A DNA stretch of 64,000 nt, taken from the IMG/VR virus record IMGVR_UViG_3300010430_000003, positions 146,327-210,326 of that record, one strand, 5' to 3'. The position numbers were made by a program, and so were the translations under genes. The notes under the pieces were generated by a model. That model saw only the letters and a list, made by a program, of their open reading frames with translations. It did no database searches and had not been told where the DNA came from. How positions within the stretch are numbered: position 1 is the first letter of the stretch; every line of letters begins with the position of its first letter. This document shows, in pieces, positions 63,557 to 64,000 of this stretch.

Positions 63557-63803
63557 AATAAAAGACTCATATTTCATATCTATTTCTGTTCCTCAAACTG
63601 GTGGCTATGGTTTTACTCCAAAAATATATTCATATGAATATGAAGAGAGGGTGAGCGCTCAACATAATCAAGGCTTCCCTTTAATATATTATGGTTTAAG
63701 AACTAATCCTTGGCTTTTAAATGTTGGTGAATATGATTTATGGTCGTTAACTTCTACATCGCAAATATATGAGAATATACTATGGCTCAACAAGAATCAA
63801 TAG
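63540..63803 (+). CDS. MNIN-family micro-ORF
   Basis: GTG at 63540, MNLNLKIKDSYFISI; overlaps both neighbours. Confidence 0.55.
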   Translation: MNLNLKIKDSYFISISVPQTGGYGFTPKIYSYEYEERVSAQHNQGFPLIYYGLRTNPWLLNVGEYDLWSLTSTSQIYENILWLNKNQ

Positions 63804-64000
63804 AAATTTTAAAAGAAGCTCTTAAGAATTTAAGAAAAGATAGAAAAGAGATTTATAATAGAATTAATGTTCTTACCAAAGAAAGTAAAACATATAGTCA
63901 ACCACAAAAAGAACTGTCAATCGCAAAATCAGTAGCAAAACTATTTGAAGTGTTGCAAAAAATCAATTCCGAAATAATTAAGATAAGCACGCAGATCGAA
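63782..64000 (+). CDS. hypothetical helical protein, truncated by window end
   Basis: MAQQESIEILKEAL... open to 64000. Confidence 0.65.
   Translation, partial: MAQQESIEILKEALKNLRKDRKEIYNRINVLTKESKTYSQPQKELSIAKSVAKLFEVLQKINSEIIKISTQIE

Noticed and set aside
1-64000. Stop-codon reassignment (common in some large phages)
   Set aside because: Long enzymes and the 1943-aa protein are intact in code 11, and TAA, TAG and TGA all end genes at sensible positions; the micro-ORFs do not join into recognisable long proteins.
1-64000. CRISPR array or cas genes
   Set aside because: No regularly spaced repeats seen; the PD-(D/E)xK nuclease at 37766 is a stand-alone phage-type enzyme with no cas context.

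Overview
This 64-kb window most likely comes from a large (jumbo-type) dsDNA tailed phage. It is AT-rich and densely coding, with no ribosomal or housekeeping operons; no capsid, terminase or polymerase gene is visible here. Layout: a + strand chain of tiny ORFs and one GC-rich gene (1-3561); a - strand early block of hypothetical genes with sigma70-like promoters (3776-21440); a + strand block of large, probably head-packaged proteins, including a 1943-aa multidomain protein (21581-32426); a tRNA/ncRNA/protease patch (32423-35502); PIN-PhoH, a zincin and a PD-(D/E)xK nuclease; and a ~23-kb glycan-biosynthesis cluster with purA, ending in a sigma-like gene. Two candidate undescribed systems stand out. 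(1) A family of roughly 45-50 micro-ORFs (mostly 55-100 aa) shares an N-terminal (I/V/L)N-x-x-(I/V) motif, often literally MNIN. They occur in tandem runs and wedged into junctions of conserved operons, usually overlapping their neighbours' stop codons. (2) Directly downstream of a conserved uncharacterised gene (11318-12058) lies an RNA cluster with two tandem circularly permuted tRNA-mimic modules (YrlA/Y-RNA-like topology, no Ro60 gene in the window) and a tRNA-His-like RNA with a shortened anticodon arm. Also notable: a CAU-anticodon tRNA on a Tyr-like long-variable-arm scaffold, preceded by a ~350-nt highly structured non-coding region. All protein family calls are by eye from motifs; no database search was run.
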